Origin: Phyllobates terribilis
Lineage: Eukaryota
Assembly: GCF_046119375.1 (NCBI RefSeq)
Contig: NW_027362762.1
Coordinates: 900,488,001 to 900,552,000, forward strand
Reading direction: 5' to 3'
DNA: 64,000 nucleotides
Position numbers and translations under genes: made by a program. Shown here one piece after another: positions 1 to 14,059 of this stretch. A model generated the notes under the pieces. The model was given only the letters and a program-made list of their open reading frames with translations. It had not been told where the DNA came from and did no database searches. How positions within the stretch are numbered: the first letter of the stretch is position 1; each line of letters starts with the position of its first letter.

Positions 1-1265
<1,265 letters not shown>

Positions 1266-2603
1266 TATATATATATATATATATATATATAAATCTCTAT
1301 GGAAAATGGAACACAATTTCAAATATTTTAATATTTTAGCCGTCCTCTGTGGTCATAAACAAATAAATGGAAAAATTTATAAAAGTGTAGCTTAGACTTA
1401 TTTCCCATTTTTCTTTCAATTTTCCACCAATATCAGCCAAAAAAAAAGAATATAACAATTATATATTAAATGAAATCCCATGTGTTGCAATAAAAAGATG
1501 CAAAAATTATTTGATTATCCAAACAAGAATTTTTTTGAATCATTAAAAGGGCACACACGATAAAACCCAAAAATGTGTATGGGCAGAAAAAGTGGCCTTG
1601 TCATGAAGTGGTTAAAAAGTAGCTAAACTTTTTTTTAATTTAATTATCCTCCAGGAATGATAAAGTTGTGAATTTTGGTAGTATACTTCACTACCCTATT
1701 TTGCTCTTTTTTTTACCAAACATTGTGCTGCAATGCAAGCTTCTCAAACAGAGGCAAGATTCATACACTATATTCAAGCTGTCTGTGTACTGGATTTCCG
1801 CTGTCTGAATATGGAGTTGGTGGGCAGAGAGGCTCCAATAGGGAAAGTCCTGTACACAGACTGTATACAGTGTATGGATCTTGCTGAGCAGCAGTTCAAA
1901 AGAACTTCTAAAGGACCGTGTGAAACAGGGCTGCAGCATGGTGTTTAGGAGAGAAGGGATAAAATTAAATAAAAAAGTTTAGTTAGTCTTTAAACTTCTC
2001 CCCCCATGAATACCCCTGACTCCTCTGCCGGAATGCCCCTTGTGGACTTTATTTTCATAAAATCCACCACTCCTTAGGTATTTTTTGCAGGTTTCTACCA
2101 CAAAAATTCGCATTTTTTGAAGTATGTTATCTAGTTTTACATAGAACTGCAGATAAAGCAATGACGTTATCTTACACAGTTGTAACTAGGAGATTTACGT
2201 TTACCTGTGGCAATGATCCGGATTGCTAAATACATTGACCAAGGCACAGTAAGGGTATGGCTATTGATGGTGCAGATATGGCAGTCGTGCCCAACCTTGG
2301 TGTCTGAGGAATGGCCTAAAGGCCCCTTGTCTCATCGAAAGACACCATAGTAAAGAGTAGATCTGGAGCCATAATTAACTTTATGCTGTGGTTCTACCTA
2401 ATAAGGTTGGGGACCTGCTCATACTGAGAATAAAGGATTTAAATATTGCTCCCTATAATATGAACCTTCCAAACCAGTCCTGGGACACTCCAAACTTCAG
2501 ACACTACTCCTTTAAAGACATTGACTTATAGATTGCACAATATAATACTTCAGTGTTTAGTATCATTATTTCCAATAAACTGTGATCATTTATCTTCCAT
2601 TAG

Positions 2604-2772
2604 AATTCGGTGTTCCTGTACAACCTCCACGAGCCACTGATCCCAATCTTATTCCAAGCGCTCCATCAAAGCCCGAAGTTACCGATGTCAGCAAAAACAC
2701 AGTGACCTTATCCTGGCAGCCAAACTTGCATTCAGGTGCAACACCAACATCGTACGTTATAGAAGCCTTCAG
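2604..2772 (+). CDS. ROBO1: ROBO1 exon, 169 nt (end of Ig5 linker, start of FN3-1: [26 protein letters not shown]...YVIEAFS)
   Basis: AG at 2602-2603 and GT at 2773-2774; phase 1 to 2; translation nearly identical to recalled vertebrate ROBO1. Confidence 0.96.
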
Positions 2773-2803
2773 GTACTAGATGGGATGGATGCTCTATGTT
2801 TAG

Positions 2804-3043
<240 letters not shown>

Positions 3044-3239
3044 TAATTTATCAGTTTTCTACCTAACGGAGATGACATTGAAGACTTGTCCAGTATTTGT
3101 ATCTGCAGCCGCCAAGATGGGGCGCTCACTGCATACAGATTTATAATACCTAATAGATTTATAATTTAGAATACTGGACTTTTATCTTTAATAAGATGAA
3201 ACTCTCAATGAGGAGTGAGTATTATTCTGAGCTTTGAAA

Positions 3240-4208
3240 AGGGGGTATTCCTTCTTCCTTTCTTCCCTTTCCTTCCCTTCCTTCATTTCTTCCCTCCCCC
3301 CCCTCTTTCTTTATTTCCTTTCTTCTCTTCCTTCCTTCTTTCCTTCCTTCCCTTCCTTTTCTTCCCTTCCCTTATTTACTTCCTTCCCTTTCTTCCCTCT
3401 TTCCTTTTCTTCCTTTCTTTCCTTCCCTTACTTCTTTCCTTCCTTCTCTTTCATTCCATTCCTTTTCTTCCCTTCTTTCCTTCCCTTCCTTTGTTCCTTC
3501 CTTTCTTCCCTTTTATTTACTTCTTTCCTTCCCTTCCTTTCTTCCATCCTATCTCCCCTTTCCTTTTCCTCCCTTCTTTCCTTTTCTTCCCTTCCTTTCT
3601 TCCTTCCTTCCTTTCTTCCCTTTCCTTTTCTTCCCTTCTTTCCTTTTCTTCCCTTCTTTCCTTCCTTCTCTTCTATTTCCTTCATTTTCTTCCCTTCTTT
3701 CCGTTTCTTCCCTTCCTTCCCTTCCATTCCATTCCCTTCATTTTCTTATCTTCTTTTCTTCTCTTCTTTCATTCCCTCCCTTCCTTTTCCTTCATTTTCT
3801 TCCCTTCTTTCATTCCCTTTCTTCCTTCCTTCCTTCCCTCCCTACCTTTCCTTTTCTTCTATTGTTTCCATTTCTTCCCTTCTTTCTTTCCCTTCCCTTC
3901 CTTCCTTTCCATTCCNNNNNNNNNNNNNNNNNNNNNNNNNNNNNNNNNNNNNNNNNNNNNNNNNNNNNNNNNNNNNNNNNNNNNNNNNNNNNNNNNNNNN
4001 NNNNNNNNNNNNNNNNNNNNNNNNNNNNNNNNNNNNNNNNNNNNNNNNNNNNNCCTTTCTTCCCTTCTCTTCTTTCCTTCCCTTTCTTCCTTCCTTCCCT
4101 TCCTCTCTTTCCCTTTCTTCCCTTCCCTTCTTTCCTTCCCTTCCTCTCTTTCCTTTTCTTCCCTTCTTTCCTTTTCTTTCCTTCCCTTCCTTTCCTTCCT
4201 TCTCTTCT
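3240..4208. repeat. Polypyrimidine (CTTT/CTTC/CCTT)n low-complexity tract containing N-gap 3916-4053
   Basis: Almost purely C/T on the + strand; explains the spurious F/L/S/P-rich and K/E/G/R-rich ORFs. Confidence 0.97.
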
Positions 4209-5288
4209 AAAGTCTGTCTACCCATCCATCTATCATATCTCTTTCCCATAACTTTATTTCTCACAACATTTCACAGTCCTTAAAGAGGAAATCTAAAACT
4301 TTATTAAATCCCAAACTGAAGCAGTTCTTCGCCCCCTAGTTCTTCTTAGTGTAACCTCGTACATGTAAATATATGGCAGACTTGTTTGATCTGAAGAATT
4401 CCTCAGATATCTTAATAAATTTGGCGTAAACATTTCTTCTAATCGGTAGCGATCTCGTGCAGGGTGCGGGCAGAACACTGTGACTTCTGTAGGAATATCC
4501 TGCAGCTGATTCCCCCTGTATCTGACCTTATTCAGAGGTGACTCTGGGGGATATAGGATCCCGGTCACCCTGTCTCATAGTGGGTCAGACACAGTACAGC
4601 TGTGGATTATGTCACCGCTGTTCTCGTTTATATTAACTACTGACCGCAGGAAAATGTGAATGGATTCCTTCTTATTAGAGGAGTTGACCACCTCTGGATG
4701 ACTTCATCCTGTTGGCTTGTAGATGACCCCCAAGTAATTGTGGAGCAGTGTTGCCAGCTTGACTTTTTATTTTTTTATGGACAGTTTACCAAAAAATCAG
4801 GGACTGACAATATTTTATAGGGACACATTAGAAAACTATAAATCATTATGATTACAAGTGATCCATGTCTAGAGCCCATAATTCTGATTCAAAGACATTA
4901 TCTTCAGTCACTGTGAACTATAAAAAGATGATAATTACCGTCAGAATAATCTGTATAAGTTTCTTCAGCTTCAAAAAAATTCCTTGATGCCTTAAATTCT
5001 TTTGACAGACAGGGTAAAAAAGTGTGGTATTTTTACGGACTGTTCTGGAATTTATGAACAGTTAGCAGCCCTGCTATATATTAAGAAGTTAAGGGTTAGT
5101 TGTATTACTATGGTTTTCCCTGGTGTATATAGTTATTTGGTAGATTGGATCATATTCACATCCTTCGGTGATTCAGTCATAGCACAATCAGATCTCAAAT
5201 ATTTAATTACTGGAACCACAAACCCCAAAAAACCCACCCCCCATTCTAAAACTATGGCCAATACCACAGTTATTCTATCGATACACAT

Positions 5289-5500
5289 ACTGGGCTGCTT
5301 GCTGCAGTTTTGATACTATCACTGTTTTATCTGCTGCAGTTCTCTGAATTCTGAGCTCTGTATAACCTCACCCCCTCCACTGATTGGCTGCTTTCTGTGT
5401 ATACTCTACATAGGCAGAAAGCTGCCAATCAGTGGTGGGGGCGTGGATGGCAGCAGTTTTACTGGTCTTCTAGTGATTTTCTCCTGCTGATAAAACACTG
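5289..5500. mobile_element. Fragment of palindromic MITE family (same family as 16752-17187)
   Basis: Shares GGCTGCTTGCTGCAGTTTTGATA and the central hairpin CCACTGATTGG...CCAATCAGTGG with 16752-17187. Confidence 0.75.
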
Positions 5501-5673
5501 GCTGTAATTGGTGTAGTTGGTCCTCTGGTTTTTTGCATGTGTTCTAGGTGCTACTACTCATTCTTGTTGCAATTCCCTTGAATGTAGTTCCCTTCTTGAG
5601 ATATGTCTATAAATGTCTTATATTCTCTTCAGACTGTTAACTCCTTATCTACGTAACTCATTTATCATTTCAG

Positions 5674-5795
5674 ATGTTCCTCCTACAAGCCAAGGTGTGG
5701 ATCACAAGCAAGTCCAGAGAGAGCTGGGAGATGTGGTCCTGCACCTTCACAATCCAACCATCCTGTCGTCCTCTTCAATTGAAGTACACTGGACG
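5674..5795 (+). CDS. ROBO1: ROBO1 exon, 122 nt ([19 protein letters not shown]...SSIEVHWT)
   Basis: TTTCAG acceptor, GTAAGT donor at 5796; phase 1 to 0. Confidence 0.96.
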
Positions 5796-6036
5796 GTAAG
5801 TAGATATTTGAGACCACATCCATGGCCGATGCCCTCCAGGACCATAAGAGAAAAATACATTGCCAAGAAAAAAAACTGTTAATCACAGGTACAAGATGTG
5901 GTTTAGGACATTCCAAGATCATCACTTTTCCCATTAGCATTTAGATTGGTCCTGCCTGGAATTTCTGTATCTGGGAAGACACATTGCGTCAGAAATATGG
6001 TTGTTAAATAAGATGCATTTCCCACTTCTCCTGCAG

Positions 6037-6268
6037 GTCGACCAACAGTCTCAGTACATCCAAGGCTACAAGATCCTCTACCGTCCGAGTCCAGAGAACC
6101 GCGGGGAATCTGCTTGGTCCATATTTGAAGTTCGAACTCCAGCAAAAAACAGCGCAGTCATCCCTGAGCTTAAGAAAGGGGTGAACTACGAAATCAAAGC
6201 CCGGCCGTTCTTTAATGAGTTCCAAGGAGCCGACAGTGAAGTGCGTTTTGCCAGGACCCTGGAAGAAG
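6037..6268 (+). CDS. ROBO1: ROBO1 exon, 232 nt (FN3-2: [17 protein letters not shown]...FARTLEE)
   Basis: CTGCAG acceptor, GTAACT donor at 6269; phase 0 to 1. Confidence 0.96.
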
Positions 6269-7351
6269 GTAACTCCCCTCCCCCTCTCTTAGGGCACGGC
6301 TCAAGGTTAGGCTGATTACTCCTTAATGTTTGTTTCTTTTTCTTTCACGTTTTCTGTAGCAATCATTCTGCTGATTGGAGATTATACATGTTAAATAAAA
6401 CCCTGATCGGATCCTTTCCTGTGATTTGTGAATATATACACCGCCGCCTGTTTAATGGAAACAAAGAGATTAGCTTGATTAGTAAACCAAGATTAGAAAT
6501 GACTAATTCTAGATCTGATCTGAAGGATAATAACATCCTCACCTACTGTCTGTATGCCTGCATTCTAGAAAATTCCTTTAATCCGGCATTCAATATTCCA
6601 GAAACTCCGACTGAGACAGAATTGCAACAACTACTAAGAATCTTTAGAACTAAGCGTATTTTCCCGCAGGTCGGATATGCTGCAAATTCTCTAGCCAGAT
6701 TTTCTGGATTTAAAATCCTCTATAACCCATTCAAAGTGAATCTGTCAGCAAAGAATAACTGTTCAAACCAAGCACAGGCGCACGGTGCACACTTCATGTG
6801 TCCTAATAGGTCAACGCGCCTTCCCTCTGACTTGTCCTCTATCTATCTCCGTCCTCTTCTTCCTTGATTGACAGTTCTGACATTGCAGGAGGCAGAAAAG
6901 GGAGGAGATAGATGGAGAACAAGTAGGTGGGAAGATGCAGGGAACTGCTCAGGGTGCCTCGAGCGCAGGTGCTTGGTTTGAACAGTCATTTTGTGCTGAC
7001 ATATTGACATTAGGCAATATATGTTCATACAGCCGATTTCTCCACATCTGAGAAAAACGATTCACTTATTCTGATCAGGGTTTGACCAGACTGTCAACAG
7101 TTTTTCTTGGACATGGAGAGAAAAAAAAGTTTCTCTAACTTCTCCATTCTGTCAGTCCCTTAAAATCATGTGATCCGATTTTTCTTCATGGACCCATAGA
7201 CTTGTATTGCTGATTTTGATCCGACACTCGGATCAAAATTTGACGCAAACCACTCGGTCCGCGGGAAAAAATCAGACATGTGTATAGGCCCATAGAATAT
7301 CATGGGAACAAGTGCTATTCGTGAAAACGACAGCTGGCACTCGTATGGGAG

Positions 7352-7688
7352 AATCATAGAATCATAGAATCATAGAATGGTAGAGTTGGAAGGGACCTCC
7401 TGGGTCATCTGGTCCAACCCCCTGCTCAAAGCAGGATTCACTAGATCATCTCAGACAGATGTCTGTCCAGCCTCTGTTTGAAGACGTCCATTGAAGGGGA
7501 ACTCACCACCTCTCGTGGCAGCCTGTTCCACTTATTGATCACCCTAACTGTCAAAAAGTTTTTTCTAATATCTAATCTGTGTCTCCTCCCATTTAGTTTC
7601 ATCCCATTGCTTCTAGTCTTTCCTTGTGCAAATGAGAATAAAGATGATCCTTCTACAATGTGACAGCCCTTGACATATTTGTAGACAG
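7352..7688 (-). mobile_element. CR1 LINE 3' fragment, 5'-truncated
   Basis: (ATTCTATG)n tail on the minus strand at 7352-7378; ORF 7441-7698 encodes a CR1 ORF2 C-terminus (TRSNGMKL...RKNFLTVRVINKWNRLPREVV...FKQRLD). Confidence 0.92.
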
Positions 7689-8180
7689 TTGTGTGCATGA
7701 GCCATTACAGGGATTGTCCAGCCTTAGAGTCTATTTGACTGCAGACTTGTGAATCCTCACAGTGTGCAGTGTGCCTGCTTTCATGATTCTCCAGTGCCGG
7801 GAGCAGCAGGCGCATGACCACAAATATGTGGTTTGCATACATGCGGTCATGTGCCGACTAGACGTGCGCAGATCGGACATGTTTAGTCGTAATGTGACCG
7901 GAAGTATGGAAATCGTATACTTCCGGTCACATGACCATCTGGTGCCGGCATCAGAGATTACTGACAGCGCACAGTGCAAATACCGTGAAGATTCACAAGT
8001 CTGACTTGTACCATAAGGCCGGACAACTACTGTAACTACAATAAATAGGAGCAGAAGTAACGCTGTGAATGCATTTACTATTTTAAACTTTTGCAACCTT
8101 TTTGTTCCTACCAGGACAGGATTAATTACAGTATGTAGACACTAGGACTGAAAACTCCTTCAAAACACAAAGAAATAAAA

Positions 8181-8598
8181 CCCTTCCGCTATCAGTCACA
8201 CACCCTTCTGCTATCAGTCACACACCCTTCCGCTATTAGCCACACACCCTTCCGCTATCAGTCACACACCCTTCCGCTATCAGTCACACACCCTTCTGCT
8301 ATCAGTCACACACCCTTCCGCTATCAGTCACACACCCTTCCGCTATCAGTCACACACCCTTCTGCTATCAGTCACACACCCTTCTGCTATCAGTCACACA
8401 CCCTTCCGCTATCAGTCACACACCCTTCCGCTATCAGTCACACACCCTTCCGCTATCAGTCACACACCCTTCCGCTATCAGTCACACACCCTTCCGCTAT
8501 CAGTCACACACCCTTCCGCTATCAGTCACACACCCTTCCGCTATCAGTCACACACCCTTCCGCCATCAGTCACACACCCTTCCGCTATCAGTCACACA
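8181..8598. repeat. 22-bp minisatellite (CCCTTCCGCTATCAGTCACACA), ~19 copies
   Basis: Direct tandem array with few variants, mainly CCG/CTG. Confidence 0.96.
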
Positions 8599-8873
8599 GT
8601 TCCCGGACGTTTTTCAAAAAGAATGATTATAGTGACAATGAGGAACACTAGTATAAGACACCTCAGTCAGTCCCTCCCCCATTTGAAATGGTTGATAACA
8701 GAGAAAAATAGAAGAGTTATCTCAGCAACAGATCTCATTACAGACTTTTTTGACTTGTACTATTACAACGTCAGTACTGATTTCTGAGAAAGGCATTGTC
8801 CAACCAGCTGAGGGCAGCAATAAACTATATTTTAAAAACTCATTGAAGTCACAAAAAATAGAGAATTGATTAC

Positions 8874-8874
<1 letters not shown>

Positions 8875-8925
<51 letters not shown>
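8875..8925. repeat. (TA)n microsatellite
   Basis: Pure TA run ending ~40 nt upstream of the acceptor at 8963-8964. Confidence 0.95.
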
Positions 8926-8927
<2 letters not shown>

Positions 8928-8964
8928 CTGCTATTGACTTGTACACATTTTTTTTACTATGCAG

Positions 8965-9086
8965 CACCCAGTGCCCCACCTCAGAGCGTCACCATTACCA
9001 AAAATGACGGCAATGGGACTGCAATTGTAATCAACTGGCAGCCACCCCCAGAAGAAAACCAAAATGGTTTGGTCCAAGAATACAAG
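8965..9086 (+). CDS. ROBO1: ROBO1 exon, 122 nt (FN3-3 start: [41 protein letters not shown])
   Basis: TGCAG acceptor, GTAATG donor at 9087; phase 1 to 0. Not in the ORF track; translated by hand. Confidence 0.95.
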
Positions 9087-10729
9087 GTAATGGATGGTTA
9101 GAGCTGCTACCATACATCATAATAACCATGCTCACAAAATTCAGGTGCCTCCTCCCTTCTTTGCTGTGTAGATCTATCCCTGACGTCACCGGTGTGTTGT
9201 ACTCACTCAATAAGTCGCTGAGAACCAAATAAAATGACATTTTGGAGCCATAAATAGCTTTTGTTAGTAAGCACCTCGCCTGACATTTCATTTTTAATTT
9301 AGCCAAAGCCTTTGTTTTCCCTGACACAATAAATGAGCCTTCAACTACAATTTTTCATGGTCCTATTTTAGCTTTCTTCCTATTTGTGCCACTTTTCACA
9401 TGTATTTGGAAGTAAATTATGGTATAACCAATGTTTGCAATATTGTATAAAATGTGAGAAAACTTAATAAAAGATTTATTACAAAAAATGTTACAATCAA
9501 GTTAAATGTAACAATTTATTGTAAATTCACATAATTGGAACCAAATGTAGAAATTGGACGTGTGGTTATTTGTCTCCATCTAGTGGCGACAAGAGAAACT
9601 TCAGGTCCAGAATTATACCAGAAATTTGATCTAGACAATTCATGCAAAACTGAAGCCTAAAATTAAGATTTACTTACTGTGACTGTGTAATTATTGCTTT
9701 AACCTATAAAGTATTCAGATCCTAAACTTTTAGGCATTTGGTGAAAACTGGAGTGTATGTTTGTTAGGTTTATTTATGGGAATTATTTATATATGTCTTT
9801 ACATCTATAAAGATTTTTTTTTACATATGTTTTCTTGCATAATTGGCAAGCAGAGAGGTTACAATAATNNNNNNNNNNNNNNNNNNNNNNNNNNNNNNNN
9901 NNNNNNNNNNNNNNNNNNNNNNNNNNNNNNNNNNNNNNNNNNNNNNNNNNNNNNNNNNNNNNNNNNNNNNNNNNNNNNNNNNNNNNNNNNNNNNNNNNNN
10001 NNATATGTCACTCTTCAAACAGCAAAAAATGTGAAAAAAAAACAATTTCATGCCAAAAACACCTTCATCATAGAATATTTTTTTCATGTTTTTTAGTGCT
10101 ATTATTATCTATTTGCCAGTGGATTTGCACAACCGCACCCGCATTTTGGAAGACTGTTGCATCTTCACTTCCTTTTTCTAGATAGATAGATACAGGAGCA
10201 GACATATCATTCATACAGCGGCCCTAGAGATAATGGGGCCAACTTCTACCTCCAAAGCAGCAAGGAGCTTCTGTCAAAGAAAGAACAATTGGACTATAAA
10301 GGACCCATATACTGTTCGTGCACAGGGTCCTTTTTCTCNNNNNNNNNNNNNNNNNNNNNNNNNNNNNNNNNNNNNNNNNNNNNNNNNNNNNNNNNNNNNN
10401 NNNNNNNNNNNNNNNNNNNNNNNNNNNNNNNNNNNNNNNNNNNNNNNNNNNNNNNNNNNNNNNNNNNNNNNNNNNNNNNNNNNNNNNNNNNNNNNNNNNN
10501 NNNNNNNNNNNNNNNNNNNNNNNNNNNNNNNNNNNNNNNNNNNNNNNNNNNNNNNNNNNNNNNNNNNNNNNNNNNNNNNNNNNNNNNNNNNNNNNNNNNN
10601 NNNNNNNNNNNNNNNNNNNNNNNNNNNNNNNNNNNNNNNNNNNNNNNNNNNNNNNNNNNNNNNNNNNNNNNNNNNNNNNNNNNNNNNNNNNNNNNNNNNN
10701 NNNNNNNNNNNNNNNNNNNNNNNNNNNNN

Positions 10730-12086
10730 GAAAATCTTGGAGAAATTCAGCTCCTCATGGGCACTACCAATCAACCCAAAGAAAACCAACATCATGGTGT
10801 TGCGGAGGAGAAAGCCAAGATCAGACCAGCACCCTTCATTTGTGCTAAACAACTGTACTCTTACAAGAACAGAAAAATACACCTACCTGGGCCTTGAAAT
10901 TCACCAGTCAGGGAACTTCAAACACACCATAGAAACCCTGAAGGACAAGGCCTGCAAAACCTTCTGTGCCATGTGAAGGAAGCTCTACCATCTGAAGCCA
11001 CCAGTGAGGGTCTGGCTAAAAATCATCACCTCACAGAAACTGACCATGCACCGGAGTCAACAGAGAGACTACAGACTGGCTCCATATCTGGAGAAACTCC
11101 TGGACCCCAGAGACCGCCAGATCCTGAGCCAGTATAGACTCAGAGTCCACATTTTGGCCATCGAGTCCGGCCGGCACAGACAGAGCTTCAAACCCAGGGA
11201 AGACAGACTGTTCCCACACTCTGACCTGGAGGATGAGATCCTCTTTCTTTGAATTTAATTGAATTGATAGATAACTTAGCACATCAAACAGAGTTTGCCG
11301 AGCAGAGCTGGGCAGATTCCCGCTACACCTTGCGGTGCAGAAGAAGGCGCCATCATTCAAGGCTTGTCTACAGATGGTAGTAGTCCCAGCTCCTACCATC
11401 ACAAAGCCTTGCTACACCAGGAAGCACTAGCAGAACAAAACTCCCCAACACAAATCACCCCAAACCAACCTGACCAAGCCACCAACCCGCATGGCCTGAC
11501 AAAAGGCAAAATCTGGAAGATGCTACACAAAGGCAAAGAGGAATATCTCAGCATCTGGAGGAACGACAATAACAAATCACAGACACTGACGGTATACCAG
11601 AACCTACAGAGGGAGTACAAACTGACCCCATATTTAGAGAAACTTGCAAACCCCAAAGAGCAACAGATCCTGAGCTGATACAGACTGAGTGCTCATGGCA
11701 TACTCATCGAATCCGGACGGCACCAACAGAACTACACGCCGAGAGCGTAGACTCTGCAAGCAGCGCCCCCAGGAGGCTGTGGAGGATGAGGCCCACTCCT
11801 TGCTGAGGTGCCCCAAATGCTCCACACTGAAGGACACTCACTTCATGAGACTGATCGACCTCCTCCCAGACTTCACCTCCATGGAGGAGGAAGACAAACT
11901 GCCTATACTACTGGGGGAAGAGGAAAGTGCAGCGGCCATAGCAGCGAAATATGTCAGTGCCTGCCATAGTCTAACAGGAGCCTGATATCTCATGGACCCC
12001 GATACCCCACCCTGGATGTGTCCCTATCCCCATCCCCCCATTATTTTACCACTTGCTTTGGTAATGCTAAAATATTCTTAGTTCTG
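10730..12086 (+). mobile_element. Degraded non-LTR retrotransposon ORF2 3' region (RT end plus C-terminal cysteine motif; CR1/L2/RTEX-group-like), flanked by gaps
   Basis: INPKKTNIMV...YTYLGLEI RT-end motif, RAELG-like segment at ~11300, RLxxHxLxIESGRH present twice, and RLCKQ...EDEAHSLLRCP; multiple stops and frameshifts. Confidence 0.8.
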
Positions 12087-12644
12087 NNNNNNNNNNNNNN
12101 NNNNNNNNNNNNNNNNNNNNNNNNNNNNNNNNNNNNNNNNNNNNNNNNNNNNNNNNNNNNNNNNNNNNNNNNNNNNNNNNNNNNNNNNNNNNNNNNNNNN
12201 NNNNNNNNNNNNNNNNNNNNNNNNNNATATTAGATAGGTGACAGATAGTATAGAGATACTGCATATAGACAGACGATAATTGGATATAAGAGATAAAGGT
12301 AACGCTGTGCCATTCCACCATTGCCGTTGTCGGCCTCCACTAACAATCACCATTCAGACTCCAAAATACAAGTCGCAATAATGGAGAGAGCTCGTCCTCC
12401 AATAAAATCCGAGAACATAATTATGTTATGCTTCAGGCGTTCGACATTTTGGCTCCATCTGAAAAAATCTCAGTGTTAGAGCCACAATGTTTCTTACCTT
12501 GCGCTTGGAATAAATATTTTCTAACATTTTATTTGAGGACGTGCTGTCTCCATTTTTGCGATTTTGACATATAAAAGATTTATTTTTGCCACTTTAGTTT
12601 TGTTTTTTATTTAGACGCAACAACATCAGTGAAGGCTGTATGTG

Positions 12645-12682
<38 letters not shown>

Positions 12683-13315
12683 GTATATATATCAATATTT
12701 CCATGTGTGACATTGTACATTCTGGCGCCGACATCTTACCATGGTACATTCAGCCAAACCTGTGGCGGCAGCTTTTGATGAGCACGGGGAGGAGTTAGTT
12801 TTTATGTTGTAATTATTAGGTGCTTTGCATTGTGTGCATTAATGCACAATCACAATACATAGATTTTCTCCACACTCATTGTTTATAGAACAATATAAAG
12901 CTGACCTGTATTTTTCCTGCATTTTGAGTGTGGAGATCAGTGGCGGACATGGACAGAAGAGGCCCCTGTATAAGATAAGATATGGACCCTTTGCTGTCCA
13001 ATACTCATCATAGGGCACAATTCCTCCTGCTTTAGAGCTGGTAGTGGCCCCTCTTATCTCTTGGGCCCCTGTGCGGCAGCACGGGTGGCACTGACAATAT
13101 GGTAGGGATAGCAGTCAATCATGTGCGCTGTGGCTGTATAGTCGGGGGAGACGGGAGTCATTGGTTCTGTTAATTGGTGGGGTCACTGTGGAGGGACCCT
13201 AAAGAACTATCATTTAGCGAATGATTTAGGCTGGCATTCCCCCTTAACAAATTCACTCAGGGCCATGTCGGCGTTCTCCAATGGTAGAATATTCATTCTT
13301 CTTCTTGCTTTCTAG

Positions 13316-13492
<177 letters not shown>

Positions 13493-13714
13493 TGATGTAC
13501 CAGTCCGGTGTAACGCCGTCCCCCAACACATCGTACAGTAAATGTCTGCGCTGTATTAGTGTGAATGAGGCGGCAGAAGCGCTGCCACGGCCGCCACATC
13601 GGTGCAACTTTAAATCTGGAAGTGTTCACATGAGGCAAATCGTGCCACGGGCGGCCAGATAAGGGGGTGCTCACCGGCAAAAGCACCAAAGACAATGCAA
13701 AAAGGGAAGGCGTG

Positions 13715-13850
13715 GAAAAAGAGCGCCACTCACCACCGATGTGTGATATACTAGCACTTTTATTCGGTTGCTACATGAGGAGTAGAGACATAAGGAATAA
13801 ATGAGTGACAAATGTTTCGCACAACCTGCGCTTCTTCTGTCTCTGAATCC
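13715..13850 (-). mobile_element. Penelope-like element terminal fragment with hammerhead-like motif
   Basis: Minus strand reads CAGAAGA-A-GCGCA-GGT-TGTGC-GAAAC-ATTTGTC, then AATAAA and GGTGAGTGGC, a layout typical of PLE termini. Confidence 0.5.
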
Positions 13851-14059
13851 CTCAACAGGCTGTAATCCACATAACGACCACTGGGTGGCCGGCCACATAA
13901 AACATAAATATTTTTGAGAGTATGGAACAATCATCATTTTTTTCGAAAGACGTCTAATTGTCCATAAGTTTGCCATGCCATCTGCCTTTACTAACATGTG
14001 ACAGAACGGCCGGTGGTGCAGAGCTCACTGATACCAATGTGGTCCTCTAATAGGAGCCA

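Noticed and set aside
3215-4283. Long ORFs of 331 and 349 aa and K/E/G/R-rich antisense ORFs
   Set aside because: Translations of a CT-rich simple repeat spanning an N-gap; not genes.
6388-6867. 159-aa ORF, the longest non-repeat ORF in the introns
   Set aside because: No recognisable domain or splice context, and it overlaps a MITE-type end (GAATCTGTCAGC); consistent with chance.
8181-8598. Tandem arrays (also 35386-35601 and 41927-42085) as possible CRISPR arrays
   Set aside because: Units are contiguous with no unique spacers, there are no cas genes, and the context is eukaryotic.
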